Shown here one piece after another: positions 55,841 to 64,000 of a DNA stretch of 64,000 nt. Under the pieces are notes generated by a model. The model was given only the letters and a program-made list of their open reading frames with translations. It was not told the DNA's origin and did no database searches. Positions within the stretch are counted from its first letter, which is position 1. Every line of letters begins with the position of its first letter. The position numbers and the translations under genes were made by a program. Origin of the DNA: an uncultured virus (IMG/VR IMGVR_UViG_3300020201_000017) (taxonomy: Duplodnaviria > Heunggongvirae > Uroviricota > Caudoviricetes); the IMG/VR virus record IMGVR_UViG_3300020201_000017, one strand, 5' to 3'.

Positions 55841-57029
55841 TTTGCATATTGGAAAAGGTTTATCAATTGGCAAACCTGGTGTTGGCAATAATTATAATAG
55901 CCGCATTATAGATCAACTAAATCTTTTAAATTGGATTACTGATGTTGTTCATGAAAAAAACGTTGATCGCATCATTTTAACTGGTGATATTTTTGAAGAT
56001 TTAAAACCACCATATTATCAATCCAAACTATTTATTGATTGGTTAAAAAGAATTGAAAGTGACGGTATTGATATTCATATCATAATAGGTAATCATGATA
56101 TTACAAGATCAGGTGCTACAATTATCTCTCCGGTTTTAGATTTAATAAATTCATGTGATTTTCAAAATGTTTATATTTATTATAATATAGAAACTATTGA
56201 AACAGAACTGGTTGATTTTACTTTTATTCCATTTCGCGATAGAAGGTCTTTACAATGCGAAACCCACGGTGAGGCATTATCTATAATTAAAAACTGTTTA
56301 GAATTTGAAGTATCAGCAATTTCTAAAATGAAAAAGAAAGTGATTGTTGGTCATTTAGCCCTTGAAGGGGCTATTTATGTTGGAGATGAATGCGATGATT
56401 CATTAAACGAATTAATTTGTCCATTAAGTATGTTTACAGATTACGATTATACTTGGATGGGTCATGTTCACAGGCCTCAAGTTAAATCAGAAACGCCATT
56501 TATAGCTCATACTGGCAGTTTAGATCTTTCTGATTTTGGAGAGACAGATCATACCAAAAATTTAATTTTAATTAATCCAAAATCAGATGATTTTTTTGAA
56601 AACATACCAGTACCTAGCAGACCATTAAGACGTTTAAAAATAAATGTTGCAAATAAAGATATTAATTCCACAGAATATGTAATGGAAATAATTTCGGGTC
56701 AACACGAAGGATCATCGTATAAAAACGCTATTGTTAAAATTGAAATAACATTATGTGGAGAAGAAATCGAAAATATTAACTTAGATAAAGTTACTGAATT
56801 TATATATTCTTTGGGAGCTTATTATATTTCATCTATAACACAATCAAGGCAAATATCAGTTATAGCTGTGGATCAAAAAGACTCTGTAGATAACAGTATT
56901 GACCCAAAATCAGCTGTAAAACTGTATTCTGAATATATTTCCAATGATGATTTAGAAAAATCACAATTTATATTGCTTTGTAATTCAATAATTGACGAAT
57001 GTAAGGAGAAATCTCGTGAAACCAATTAA
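55815..57029 (+). CDS. sbcD: SbcD/Mre11-like nuclease
   Basis: GDLH, TGDIF, GNHD, GH, MGHVH, GS-x-x-x-x-DFGE. Confidence 0.9.
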   Translation: MSNSLIVGDLHIGKGLSIGKPGVGNNYNSRIIDQLNLLNWITDVVHEKNVDRIILTGDIFEDLKPPYYQSKLFIDWLKRIESDGIDIHIIIGNHDITRSGATIISPVLDLINSCDFQNVYIYYNIETIETELVDFTFIPFRDRRSLQCETHGEALSIIKNCLEFEVSAISKMKKKVIVGHLALEGAIYVGDECDDSLNELICPLSMFTDYDYTWMGHVHRPQVKSETPFIAHTGSLDLSDFGETDHTKNLILINPKSDDFFENIPVPSRPLRRLKINVANKDINSTEYVMEIISGQHEGSSYKNAIVKIEITLCGEEIENINLDKVTEFIYSLGAYYISSITQSRQISVIAVDQKDSVDNSIDPKSAVKLYSEYISNDDLEKSQFILLCNSIIDECKEKSRETN

Positions 57030-59175
57030 TTTATGTATTGAGAAATTCATGGGTCACTCTCAAAGTGATATTGATTTCACTAATTTTAACAGTTGTTTGA
57101 TTGTTGGTGTTAATAAAAATAATAATCGTATATCTAATGGCGTTGGTAAGAGTACAATATTTCATGCTATTGAATATGTGTTGTATAACGAATATCCGTG
57201 TAAAAAAGCTGAGAAAATAATTAAAGATGGTGAAAGCAAATGTAAAGTTGAGTTTATTTTTGAAATTAATGAACAGATTTATAAAGCACGCAGAGAAAGA
57301 ACTAAGTCAGTATCCAATTTATATTTGGAGAGACAGTTAACTGATGGATCATGGGAAGAAATATCTGGTAAAAGTAACTCTGAAACGGAGCTTGAGTTAC
57401 TTAAAATTATTAAACTAAATTATAAAGCTTTTAAAAATTGCGTTTTGTTTTCTCAAGGCGATCTTGACGGGCTAGCTTCCACATCATCAGATAAAAGAAA
57501 AGACTTATTAAAAGAGCCGTTACAATTATCTAATTATAATGCTTATAGTAAAGCTGCAAAAAAGAAATTAGATACGGAAAAGCTTAATTTTGAAAAAAAT
57601 CAAGTTTTAGTTGAATCTTTAGGTAATCCAAGCGAAGATATTGATTTATTTACTATTAAAGTTGATGAAATTAAAAATAGTAATGTTTTTAATAAAAAAG
57701 AAAAAAATTCTTTGCAGGTTTTGCTAGAATCACAAGTCCAATCATTATCAGATCTAGATAATACACTAAAATCTGCGGCATCAAATACGGTAAATCAAAT
57801 ACACGATTTAGATGTAGATTTAAAAGTATTAAATAGTGATTTAAAAAAATCACTCGGTAATGACGAAACAAATTCTAAAAAGCTTGAATTTTTATTATTA
57901 AACCTAGTAAATAAACAGAGCACACTTGATGAAAAAAAGACATTATTAACACAAATACAAGTTGAAACAAAAAGAAATATTTTAGATGTAAAAAAAGAAC
58001 TTGAATCAGTTTCTAGTAAAGAAAGTGATGGTAAGAATTTTCTTTTAAATTTAAAAAATCAAAAAAATAAATTAGAAAAAGAATTACCTGAGAAAAGTAA
58101 GTGTGATATATGTCTACAAAACATTGGTGAAGATCATCGTCACAATTATAGCGTATATAAAGAATCAAAAATAACAGAAATTAATTCAAATTATGAGTTG
58201 TATTCGATAAAACTAGATAAATGCATAGCGTGTAGAGAAGCTTTATCCAAAGAAATTTATGAAATTGAGTTTTATAATGATAAAATAAAATCGTTAATTT
58301 CGGATATAGCAAATTATAAAAGTAATATTTTATTAGAATCAGAGTCAGTCAGCACTTATAAAGATATAGTTAAACAAAATAAAATAACTATAGAAGATCT
58401 TAAAAATAAAATATATTTAGCTGAACAACGTAAAGATCATTTACTATCTATATCTGTCGAAAACAAAAATGAAGAAATTAATGATAAAATATTAAAATTA
58501 AAATTAAATATTAATATTTCTCGGTCTAGTATTAATAAATTGATAGAAACAATTTCATCGAGCGATACATTTCTTGGTGTTTATGCAGAAAAGCTTCATA
58601 AAAGACAAGACGACTTGCTTAAGTTAAACGTTTTAATTGCAGATGCTGTGTTAATTCGAAAACAAATAAATTTAAATGAAAAAGTTCTGAAAGCTTTTGG
58701 TCCAAACGGCATCCCTACGATGATTATTAATAATATATTAGATGATTTACAAATCGAAGGAAACAGTATACTATCAGAAATGAGGCCATCATTACAGTTT
58801 CAGTTTATTTCTAATAATGAAACTGATTCATTAGATATAATTTTCAATGTACATGGTAAAAATAGAGATTATGAATTACTTTCAGGTGGTCAGAAATTAT
58901 ATTTTGCTTTAGCATTTAAACTTGGGCTATCTAAGGTTATTCAAAAAAGAGTTGGAATAAAAATAAACTTTATAGGTTTAGATGAAGTAGATCAATCTCT
59001 GGATCTTGACGGCATTGATGCTTTTTCTGATATAATTAAAAAGTTGCAAAATCAATTTAAAATATTAATTATTACTCATAATGAACATATTAAAAGTAAA
59101 TTTAATCATTTTATTATTGTTGAAGGTGATGATGCAAACGGTTCTTGTGCAAAATATTCGGCAAACTTGGAGTAA
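57016..59175 (+). CDS. sbcC: SbcC/Rad50-like SMC ATPase
   Basis: AAGGAG plus GTG start; NGVGKST, zinc hook CDIC, LSGGQ, LDE-x-x-x-x-LD, IITH. Confidence 0.92.
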   Translation: MKPINLCIEKFMGHSQSDIDFTNFNSCLIVGVNKNNNRISNGVGKSTIFHAIEYVLYNEYPCKKAEKIIKDGESKCKVEFIFEINEQIYKARRERTKSVSNLYLERQLTDGSWEEISGKSNSETELELLKIIKLNYKAFKNCVLFSQGDLDGLASTSSDKRKDLLKEPLQLSNYNAYSKAAKKKLDTEKLNFEKNQVLVESLGNPSEDIDLFTIKVDEIKNSNVFNKKEKNSLQVLLESQVQSLSDLDNTLKSAASNTVNQIHDLDVDLKVLNSDLKKSLGNDETNSKKLEFLLLNLVNKQSTLDEKKTLLTQIQVETKRNILDVKKELESVSSKESDGKNFLLNLKNQKNKLEKELPEKSKCDICLQNIGEDHRHNYSVYKESKITEINSNYELYSIKLDKCIACREALSKEIYEIEFYNDKIKSLISDIANYKSNILLESESVSTYKDIVKQNKITIEDLKNKIYLAEQRKDHLLSISVENKNEEINDKILKLKLNINISRSSINKLIETISSSDTFLGVYAEKLHKRQDDLLKLNVLIADAVLIRKQINLNEKVLKAFGPNGIPTMIINNILDDLQIEGNSILSEMRPSLQFQFISNNETDSLDIIFNVHGKNRDYELLSGGQKLYFALAFKLGLSKVIQKRVGIKINFIGLDEVDQSLDLDGIDAFSDIIKKLQNQFKILIITHNEHIKSKFNHFIIVEGDDANGSCAKYSANLE

Positions 59176-59178
59176 AAG

Positions 59179-60084
59179 ATGATTATTTGTTTATCTGGAA
59201 GAATAAAAAGTGGTAAGTCAACAATAGCAAACGATTTAGTCACTAACAAAGGTTTTAAAAAAATTTCCATTGCTTACTTTTTAAAAGATAGTATTTCAAA
59301 ACTATATAATATAGACATTATCAACTGTTTTGACCAGAATTTAAAAAATAAAAAAAGAAAAGACCTTCGTTGGGACTCTGAAATTGCAAAAAAATATGCT
59401 TTAGACCATGGTTTAGATTATAATAAACTATATTTTGGTTCAATTGATGATAAGATTTTTGAAGACATCAGAGATGCTTTAACATATATTGGAACAAATA
59501 TTTTGCGAAGATATGATGAAAACTTTCACGTCAAAAGGGCATTACTAGAAGTAGTTGATGATTTTGAAAATTATGTTTGTGATGATGTTAGATTCCAGAA
59601 TGAAAAACAAGCTTTTGAAAAGGCTGGTGCTAAATGTTTTTTCATTTTACGACCACATAATTTTGAATATTTAAACCATATATCGGAAACATCTCTAACA
59701 TGTAAAGATTTTAGCAATTTTATAATTAATAATAGTTCTTTTACAGAATTAATCATAACAGCTAATGATGCTATATTTAATAATAAAAAAATTAGTATTG
59801 AAGTTGATCATACAGTGTTTATTTATAAAAATATTAACGATGCTTTCTGGGCCGGTTTTATCCAAGGCAATAATTCATTACATTTTGATCAAAAAACTCA
59901 AAAATATAAATTAGTAATTTCTAGCGAAAAAAATAAAATTATTAATGATTTTTGTAATTTTTTAAAGATAGGTTTGTTCCAATATGTAACCCTAGGTACA
60001 CCTGATGAAAAACCAACTCAGTATGTTGTTGAAACTGATAATCCTTTCATTTTGGAAAATATAAAGCTTTGGGATATTCATTAA
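59179..60084 (+). CDS. dNMP kinase with a C-terminal degenerate LAGLIDADG-like domain
   Basis: SGRIKSGKST, R-x-x-L-x-x-IGT, DDVRF-x-NE, H-x-SET; C-terminal AFWAGFIQGNN. Confidence 0.8.
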   Translation: MIICLSGRIKSGKSTIANDLVTNKGFKKISIAYFLKDSISKLYNIDIINCFDQNLKNKKRKDLRWDSEIAKKYALDHGLDYNKLYFGSIDDKIFEDIRDALTYIGTNILRRYDENFHVKRALLEVVDDFENYVCDDVRFQNEKQAFEKAGAKCFFILRPHNFEYLNHISETSLTCKDFSNFIINNSSFTELIITANDAIFNNKKISIEVDHTVFIYKNINDAFWAGFIQGNNSLHFDQKTQKYKLVISSEKNKIINDFCNFLKIGLFQYVTLGTPDEKPTQYVVETDNPFILENIKLWDIH

Positions 60085-60111
60085 GCACTGAATAATACAG
60101 TATTCTTGTGT

Positions 60112-60420
60112 ATGGCTTTAAAATTAAATGAAGAATTAGCAAATCAATATATTGAACTTTTAGAAAAAAAAGGTGAGGTCGGGCTTTACAAACAAGCCAT
60201 AGCTGTAGGTGTTCGTGCATCTGTTGAAATAAAAAATCCAGAAAACGATATATTAAACTTATCAGAAGCTTTTTTATTAAAATACAGAGTGACTGCTAAC
60301 TTTAATTATTTTATAATTAGCAAATGTTTGCGCCGGGCAGCTCATGTTTTATACAGAGAATTTTTAAAAAAGAATAATCGCGCCGATATTAATAAGCGGT
60401 TTTTAAATATGGTGAAATAA
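60112..60420 (+). CDS. Hypothetical protein
   Basis: ATG 60112; LRRAAH. Confidence 0.65.
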   Translation: MALKLNEELANQYIELLEKKGEVGLYKQAIAVGVRASVEIKNPENDILNLSEAFLLKYRVTANFNYFIISKCLRRAAHVLYREFLKKNNRADINKRFLNMVK

Positions 60421-60421
60421 A

Positions 60422-61405
60422 ATGGCAGTAATAACCATAACCATAGCTGATAGCCCAATTCAAATAATTGAAGGAATACCTCAAACTGTTGCTGTTTCAG
60501 CTAATATTGCATCAACAATATTTTATACCCTAGATGGATCTGTACCAACTATTAATTCTGATATTATTATCGGCCCAATTACTATGCCTACAGATACTGG
60601 CTCTGTAATTTTGCAAGTATTTGCCTCTAACGGTACAGACTCGTCTGCCATAATTGAAAAAACTTATACAAACAATGTTTTTTCCTCTATGCGTAGACCA
60701 AGAGATACTATCCAAGGTACAGCTCAGCCATTTCCTGGTCCAAATTTATTCCCATTTGGAAGCAACTCTACAGACCCAAATGTAATTTATGGAAATATTG
60801 GCGGAGAAGTTGTTAGTACACCAGGTAATACCAATCATCCTGCTGGATGGGATGGTAAAGGGAATATTGTAGGATACACAGATCTTCCAGCAAAATCTTA
60901 CCAAAATATTTATTCTGAAACGGATAGTGAAGGACGATATGGTAGATTTTTAGGAAATTTGCCTGCTAAAGTTCAAGTTCGTGTTCCACCGCCACCAACA
61001 GATGAATCACAAGAAAACTCTCTACTGTTTAATTCAAGGTCTTTAGTTATCTTTCAGGATGGTACAAAACCACCAGTTGACCCGACGGTTGCACGTCAAA
61101 ATCGTCAATTTTTCTCTCTAGAAAACTCTGAAGTGGTAAGAGATGGTTCAAATTATTACAATACCGGTCTGGAAGTTGGAGGCCCTACAGGCTCACTAAC
61201 TCGGCCGCAATATAATGATAGAGATGGTACAGTAACTTATTATTATTTTGATAGTCAAAATCTTCGCTGGATTATTTCTAAAGAAAATGTTGGTGTTAGG
61301 GGTAATCCTACAGCCAATCTATCTCATATTCTAAGGTCTCCACGAGATACATCTGTTGGTAAGGTTTTCAAATGGATTCCATTTAAACGACAGTTTTTAG
61401 GATAA
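60422..61405 (+). CDS. Fn3-associated/chitobiase-like domain protein, possibly virion-associated
   Basis: TIFYTLDGSVPT motif; Gly/Pro/Thr-rich remainder. Confidence 0.6.
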   Translation: MAVITITIADSPIQIIEGIPQTVAVSANIASTIFYTLDGSVPTINSDIIIGPITMPTDTGSVILQVFASNGTDSSAIIEKTYTNNVFSSMRRPRDTIQGTAQPFPGPNLFPFGSNSTDPNVIYGNIGGEVVSTPGNTNHPAGWDGKGNIVGYTDLPAKSYQNIYSETDSEGRYGRFLGNLPAKVQVRVPPPPTDESQENSLLFNSRSLVIFQDGTKPPVDPTVARQNRQFFSLENSEVVRDGSNYYNTGLEVGGPTGSLTRPQYNDRDGTVTYYYFDSQNLRWIISKENVGVRGNPTANLSHILRSPRDTSVGKVFKWIPFKRQFLG

Positions 61406-61441
61406 TTGTCGAGTGTTAATAAAATGACTATACATAATAGT

Positions 61442-62290
61442 ATGGTTATTCATAAAGCAATTTTATTAAATAAAAAACCTCAAGTGGCTGAAGGAGAATC
61501 TTGGCCATATTTTAATCTTAGTGTTAGTAAAGCTAAGACATTTAAAGATTGTAAAGCTAAATATAATTTTTCATATATCGAAAAACTTCCTAAAAAAGAT
61601 TGGGAACATTTATCTTTTGGTAAATTTGTACATGAAATATTAGAAAGGTTCTACAAATATAGAATTGCTGGTAACGAAGACCCAGATCACATTTTAGTCT
61701 CTTTATCTTGTAAAGAATCTTTAGTAGAGTGGAGAGGTAAGCTCTCAGATGAATCTTTAGATTTATCTAAAGATATGATTAATCAATTTATTAAAAAATT
61801 AAAATATGATAAAGAAAATCATTTAAATCCAAATGTTATTGCTGTTGAAAAAGATTTTAATATAAGTATAGATGATAAAGTTTTATTATTAGGATTTATC
61901 GACAGAGTTCAAATTGATCGAGATGGCATAATGTGTGTGGCAGATTATAAGACAAGTAAGAGTATGGCTTATCTTAAAAAAGATTTTTTACAATTGCAAA
62001 CATATGCTATGGCTTTGTTTTTAGAAAATCCAGATGTTGAAATTATTCGAGGTTCATATATTATGTTACGTCATAAATTTGTTGAAATTACAAAAGAATT
62101 TAGAAGAAATGATGTTATGTCGTTAATAGATACTTTTTATGATTACTACGAACAAATTGGTAATGAAAAATTATTTAGACCAAAAGTTACACCTCTTTGT
62201 GGCTGGTGTGATTATTTAGAAAATTGTAAAGATGGTAAGTCTTTTATGAAAATACCAGAAACGAGTCACGGTGAAACTAGTTGGTTGTAA
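61442..62290 (+). CDS. PD-(D/E)XK RecB/Cas4-like exonuclease
   Basis: S-x-SK-x-x-TF-x-x-C, G-x-x-x-H-x-x-LE, GFIDR, DYKT, QL-x-x-Y, CGWC...C. Confidence 0.9.
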   Translation: MVIHKAILLNKKPQVAEGESWPYFNLSVSKAKTFKDCKAKYNFSYIEKLPKKDWEHLSFGKFVHEILERFYKYRIAGNEDPDHILVSLSCKESLVEWRGKLSDESLDLSKDMINQFIKKLKYDKENHLNPNVIAVEKDFNISIDDKVLLLGFIDRVQIDRDGIMCVADYKTSKSMAYLKKDFLQLQTYAMALFLENPDVEIIRGSYIMLRHKFVEITKEFRRNDVMSLIDTFYDYYEQIGNEKLFRPKVTPLCGWCDYLENCKDGKSFMKIPETSHGETSWL

Positions 62291-62433
62291 TGGATATCTG
62301 AACGTTTCGATAAACATTTATATCATAATTAAGAAGTTATAATAAAATTATACTCAATGTTTCGTGGTTTAATATTAAGCAAATAGATAAATTAGCTAAA
62401 AATAAAAATATTATAGAAGAAGGAAAATAAAAT

Positions 62434-63654
62434 ATGAATGTTACTACACAAGAAATTGAATTTTGCAAAGTTAAAGCTAGCTATACGGCCGACAAGGAAT
62501 TTGTTAAAGAAAAAAAAGATGAGGTTGTTTCTTTTTTTCAAAAACAAAAAATTCCTGGTTTTAGAAAAAACAAAGCAAGTAAATTAGTAATTTTAAATAA
62601 ATATAAGCAACAAATTGAAGATAATTTGAAACAATTATTACTCAATCAAGCTTATGAGGATGTAATTTTTGAAACAAAAATGCGTTCAATTGGTCAACCA
62701 CAAATGTTAAGCATTAATCTTAAAGGTAACAGTTTTACCTGTGATCTTCTTTTTCTAAAGAAACCTGATTTTGAATTAAAAGATTTTAATGGTATGAAGG
62801 TTGTAAAGCCTAGCTCTACCAAAAACGAAACTGAGATTGCCGAGGCTCAACTGCAAGAGTTGCGGGTTTCAGCTGGATCTTTTAAAGCGTATGATGAAAA
62901 TGATTTCGTTCAATTAAAAGATAAAGTTACTTTATCACTAGATGTTTTTGTAGATGATAAAAAATCTGAAGAACTCTCGGAAGAAGGTAAACTCTATGTT
63001 GTTGGGTCCGGATTATTTAAAGAGTTTGATGAAAATATTGTAGGTATGACTTCAGGTGAAGACCGTGAGTTTGATGTTTTGCTAGATAATAAAACAAAAG
63101 CTCATGTTAAAACAACTCTGCATACTGGTTTACGTCAAACAGCTCATCCTTTAAATGATGAACTTGCTAAGGCCTTTGGTAAAGAAACTCTTGTTGAACT
63201 GCGTGAGGCTGTTACTGGTATGGCGACAAATCAAGTGAAAGCGGAAGTTGATGCTAAAATTAATGAGCAAATTAAATTACAATTAATTCAGATGCACGAC
63301 ATTGTTGTCCCAACTTGGCTTCAACAAATGGAATCGCAACAGATTGCAGCTTTTGATAAAATTAATCTTGAGTCCTGTACACCAGAAGTTTTGGAACATT
63401 ATATGGATCGGGCAAAAATACAAGTTCAATTTGCTTTAATTTTAGATTCAATTCAACAAACTATACCTGAAGCCATGTTAACTGACGCTGAAGCAATGGA
63501 AGTTGTTAAAAATAAATTAGTTACGCAAGGTTATGATTATAATAATGTAGTTGGAGATAAAAATAATGCAAATCAATTATATGGTATGATGATTTCAGCG
63601 AAAAACGAATTTACACTTGGTTACATTATTGACAAAGCGGAGATTATAGAGTAA
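62434..63654 (+). CDS. tig: Trigger factor
   Basis: IPGFRKNKA ribosome-binding motif, FKBP-like F-x-x-x-IVGM-x-x-GE, L-x-DELAK. Confidence 0.92.
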   Translation: MNVTTQEIEFCKVKASYTADKEFVKEKKDEVVSFFQKQKIPGFRKNKASKLVILNKYKQQIEDNLKQLLLNQAYEDVIFETKMRSIGQPQMLSINLKGNSFTCDLLFLKKPDFELKDFNGMKVVKPSSTKNETEIAEAQLQELRVSAGSFKAYDENDFVQLKDKVTLSLDVFVDDKKSEELSEEGKLYVVGSGLFKEFDENIVGMTSGEDREFDVLLDNKTKAHVKTTLHTGLRQTAHPLNDELAKAFGKETLVELREAVTGMATNQVKAEVDAKINEQIKLQLIQMHDIVVPTWLQQMESQQIAAFDKINLESCTPEVLEHYMDRAKIQVQFALILDSIQQTIPEAMLTDAEAMEVVKNKLVTQGYDYNNVVGDKNNANQLYGMMISAKNEFTLGYIIDKAEIIE

Positions 63655-63656
63655 TT

Positions 63657-63893
63657 ATGGAAACAGATTTTAACCTAATATATGAACAAGTAAGCGTAAC
63701 AATAGATTATGATAATGGTAAATTAGGCTTGAACGCTTATCATAGTGGTCCTGGATGGTATTTTTGGGAAACAGAATGCCCAAGTGAAGGTTGTAACGGC
63801 CCTTATGATATCAAAGAAGACATGATGGAAGCGATTACGTCAGTTAATGGTATAGTTGAATTTGATTATACAATAGTTAGAAAGGTAAAGTAA
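63657..63893 (+). CDS. Hypothetical protein
   Basis: GWYFW...GPY. Confidence 0.6.
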   Translation: METDFNLIYEQVSVTIDYDNGKLGLNAYHSGPGWYFWETECPSEGCNGPYDIKEDMMEAITSVNGIVEFDYTIVRKVK

Positions 63894-63894
63894 T

Positions 63895-64000
63895 ATGGAA
63901 ATGTTGGGATTTAATATTTTAATCGAAGAAATTAAAGAAGAGTTAGTTGAGGAGAAAACAGCCAGCGGTTTAATTGTTCCTGGAACAGCTAAAAAAGAAA
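63895..64000 (+). CDS. groES: Co-chaperonin GroES (partial, runs off the window)
   Basis: Manual translation MEMLGFNILIEEIKEELVEEKTASGLIVPGTAKKE, with the GroES mobile-loop motif. Confidence 0.8.
   Translation, partial: MEMLGFNILIEEIKEELVEEKTASGLIVPGTAKKE

Noticed and set aside
61406..61441. Leaderless promoter for the PD-(D/E)XK gene (TTGTCG-N17-TATACA)
   Set aside because: Both hexamers deviate from the pattern at the other promoters; too weak to call
61442..62290. Cas4 as part of a CRISPR system
   Set aside because: No cas1/cas2 or array; solo RecB/Cas4-like nucleases are common in phages
1..64000. Short minus-strand ORFs antisense to recognised genes (e.g. 7411-7668, 41150-41503, 45471-45896, 54362-54697)
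   Set aside because: They lie opposite well-supported + genes, lack recognisable motifs and show antisense-type composition
1..64000. Alternative genetic code (stop-codon reassignment)
   Set aside because: Conserved enzymes are full length in the standard code, and TAA, TGA and TAG all end genes
1..64000. Reduced bacterial chromosome
   Set aside because: Housekeeping-like genes are isolated from their usual operons amid many small unknown ORFs and free-standing homing endonucleases; not fully excluded, because no virion hallmark gene is in the window

Overview
An AT-rich, densely packed window with almost all genes on the + strand. It reads as a segment of a large (jumbo-type) bacteriophage genome using the standard genetic code. 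This is inferred from gene content and organisation: no capsid, terminase or tail hallmark gene, tRNA, rRNA or CRISPR array was recognised. Recognisable genes fall into five groups. DNA metabolism: NAD-dependent ligase, topoisomerase IA, SbcD/SbcC, FtsK motor, PD-(D/E)XK nucleases, dNMP kinase, MazG-like pyrophosphatase and an MT-A70 methyltransferase. RNA or nucleotide repair candidates: two Thg1-like 3'-5' polymerases, three nucleotidyltransferases, a P-loop kinase, phosphoesterases and a PARG-type macrodomain. Host-type translation and proteostasis: bS21, IF3, a peptide deformylase fused to a SEC-C motif, trigger factor, ClpP, GroES and DksA/TraR. A MoxR-like AAA+/vWA-metallopeptidase pair. 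Free-standing homing endonucleases (LAGLIDADG, GIY-YIG, HNH). A visibly GC-rich island of about 5.1 kb (~8330-13480) carries a chain of overlap-coupled small genes built from shuffled shared modules. The most notable unexplained patterns are: (i) a shared C-terminal peptide I-K-x-I-I-E on about ten mostly unrelated proteins; (ii) two promoter-like motifs placed so as to give leaderless mRNAs, in a genome that encodes its own IF3 and bS21; (iii) the modular GC-rich island; (iv) a divergent Thg1 paralog pair. All family calls come from motif recognition by eye; no database searches were run.
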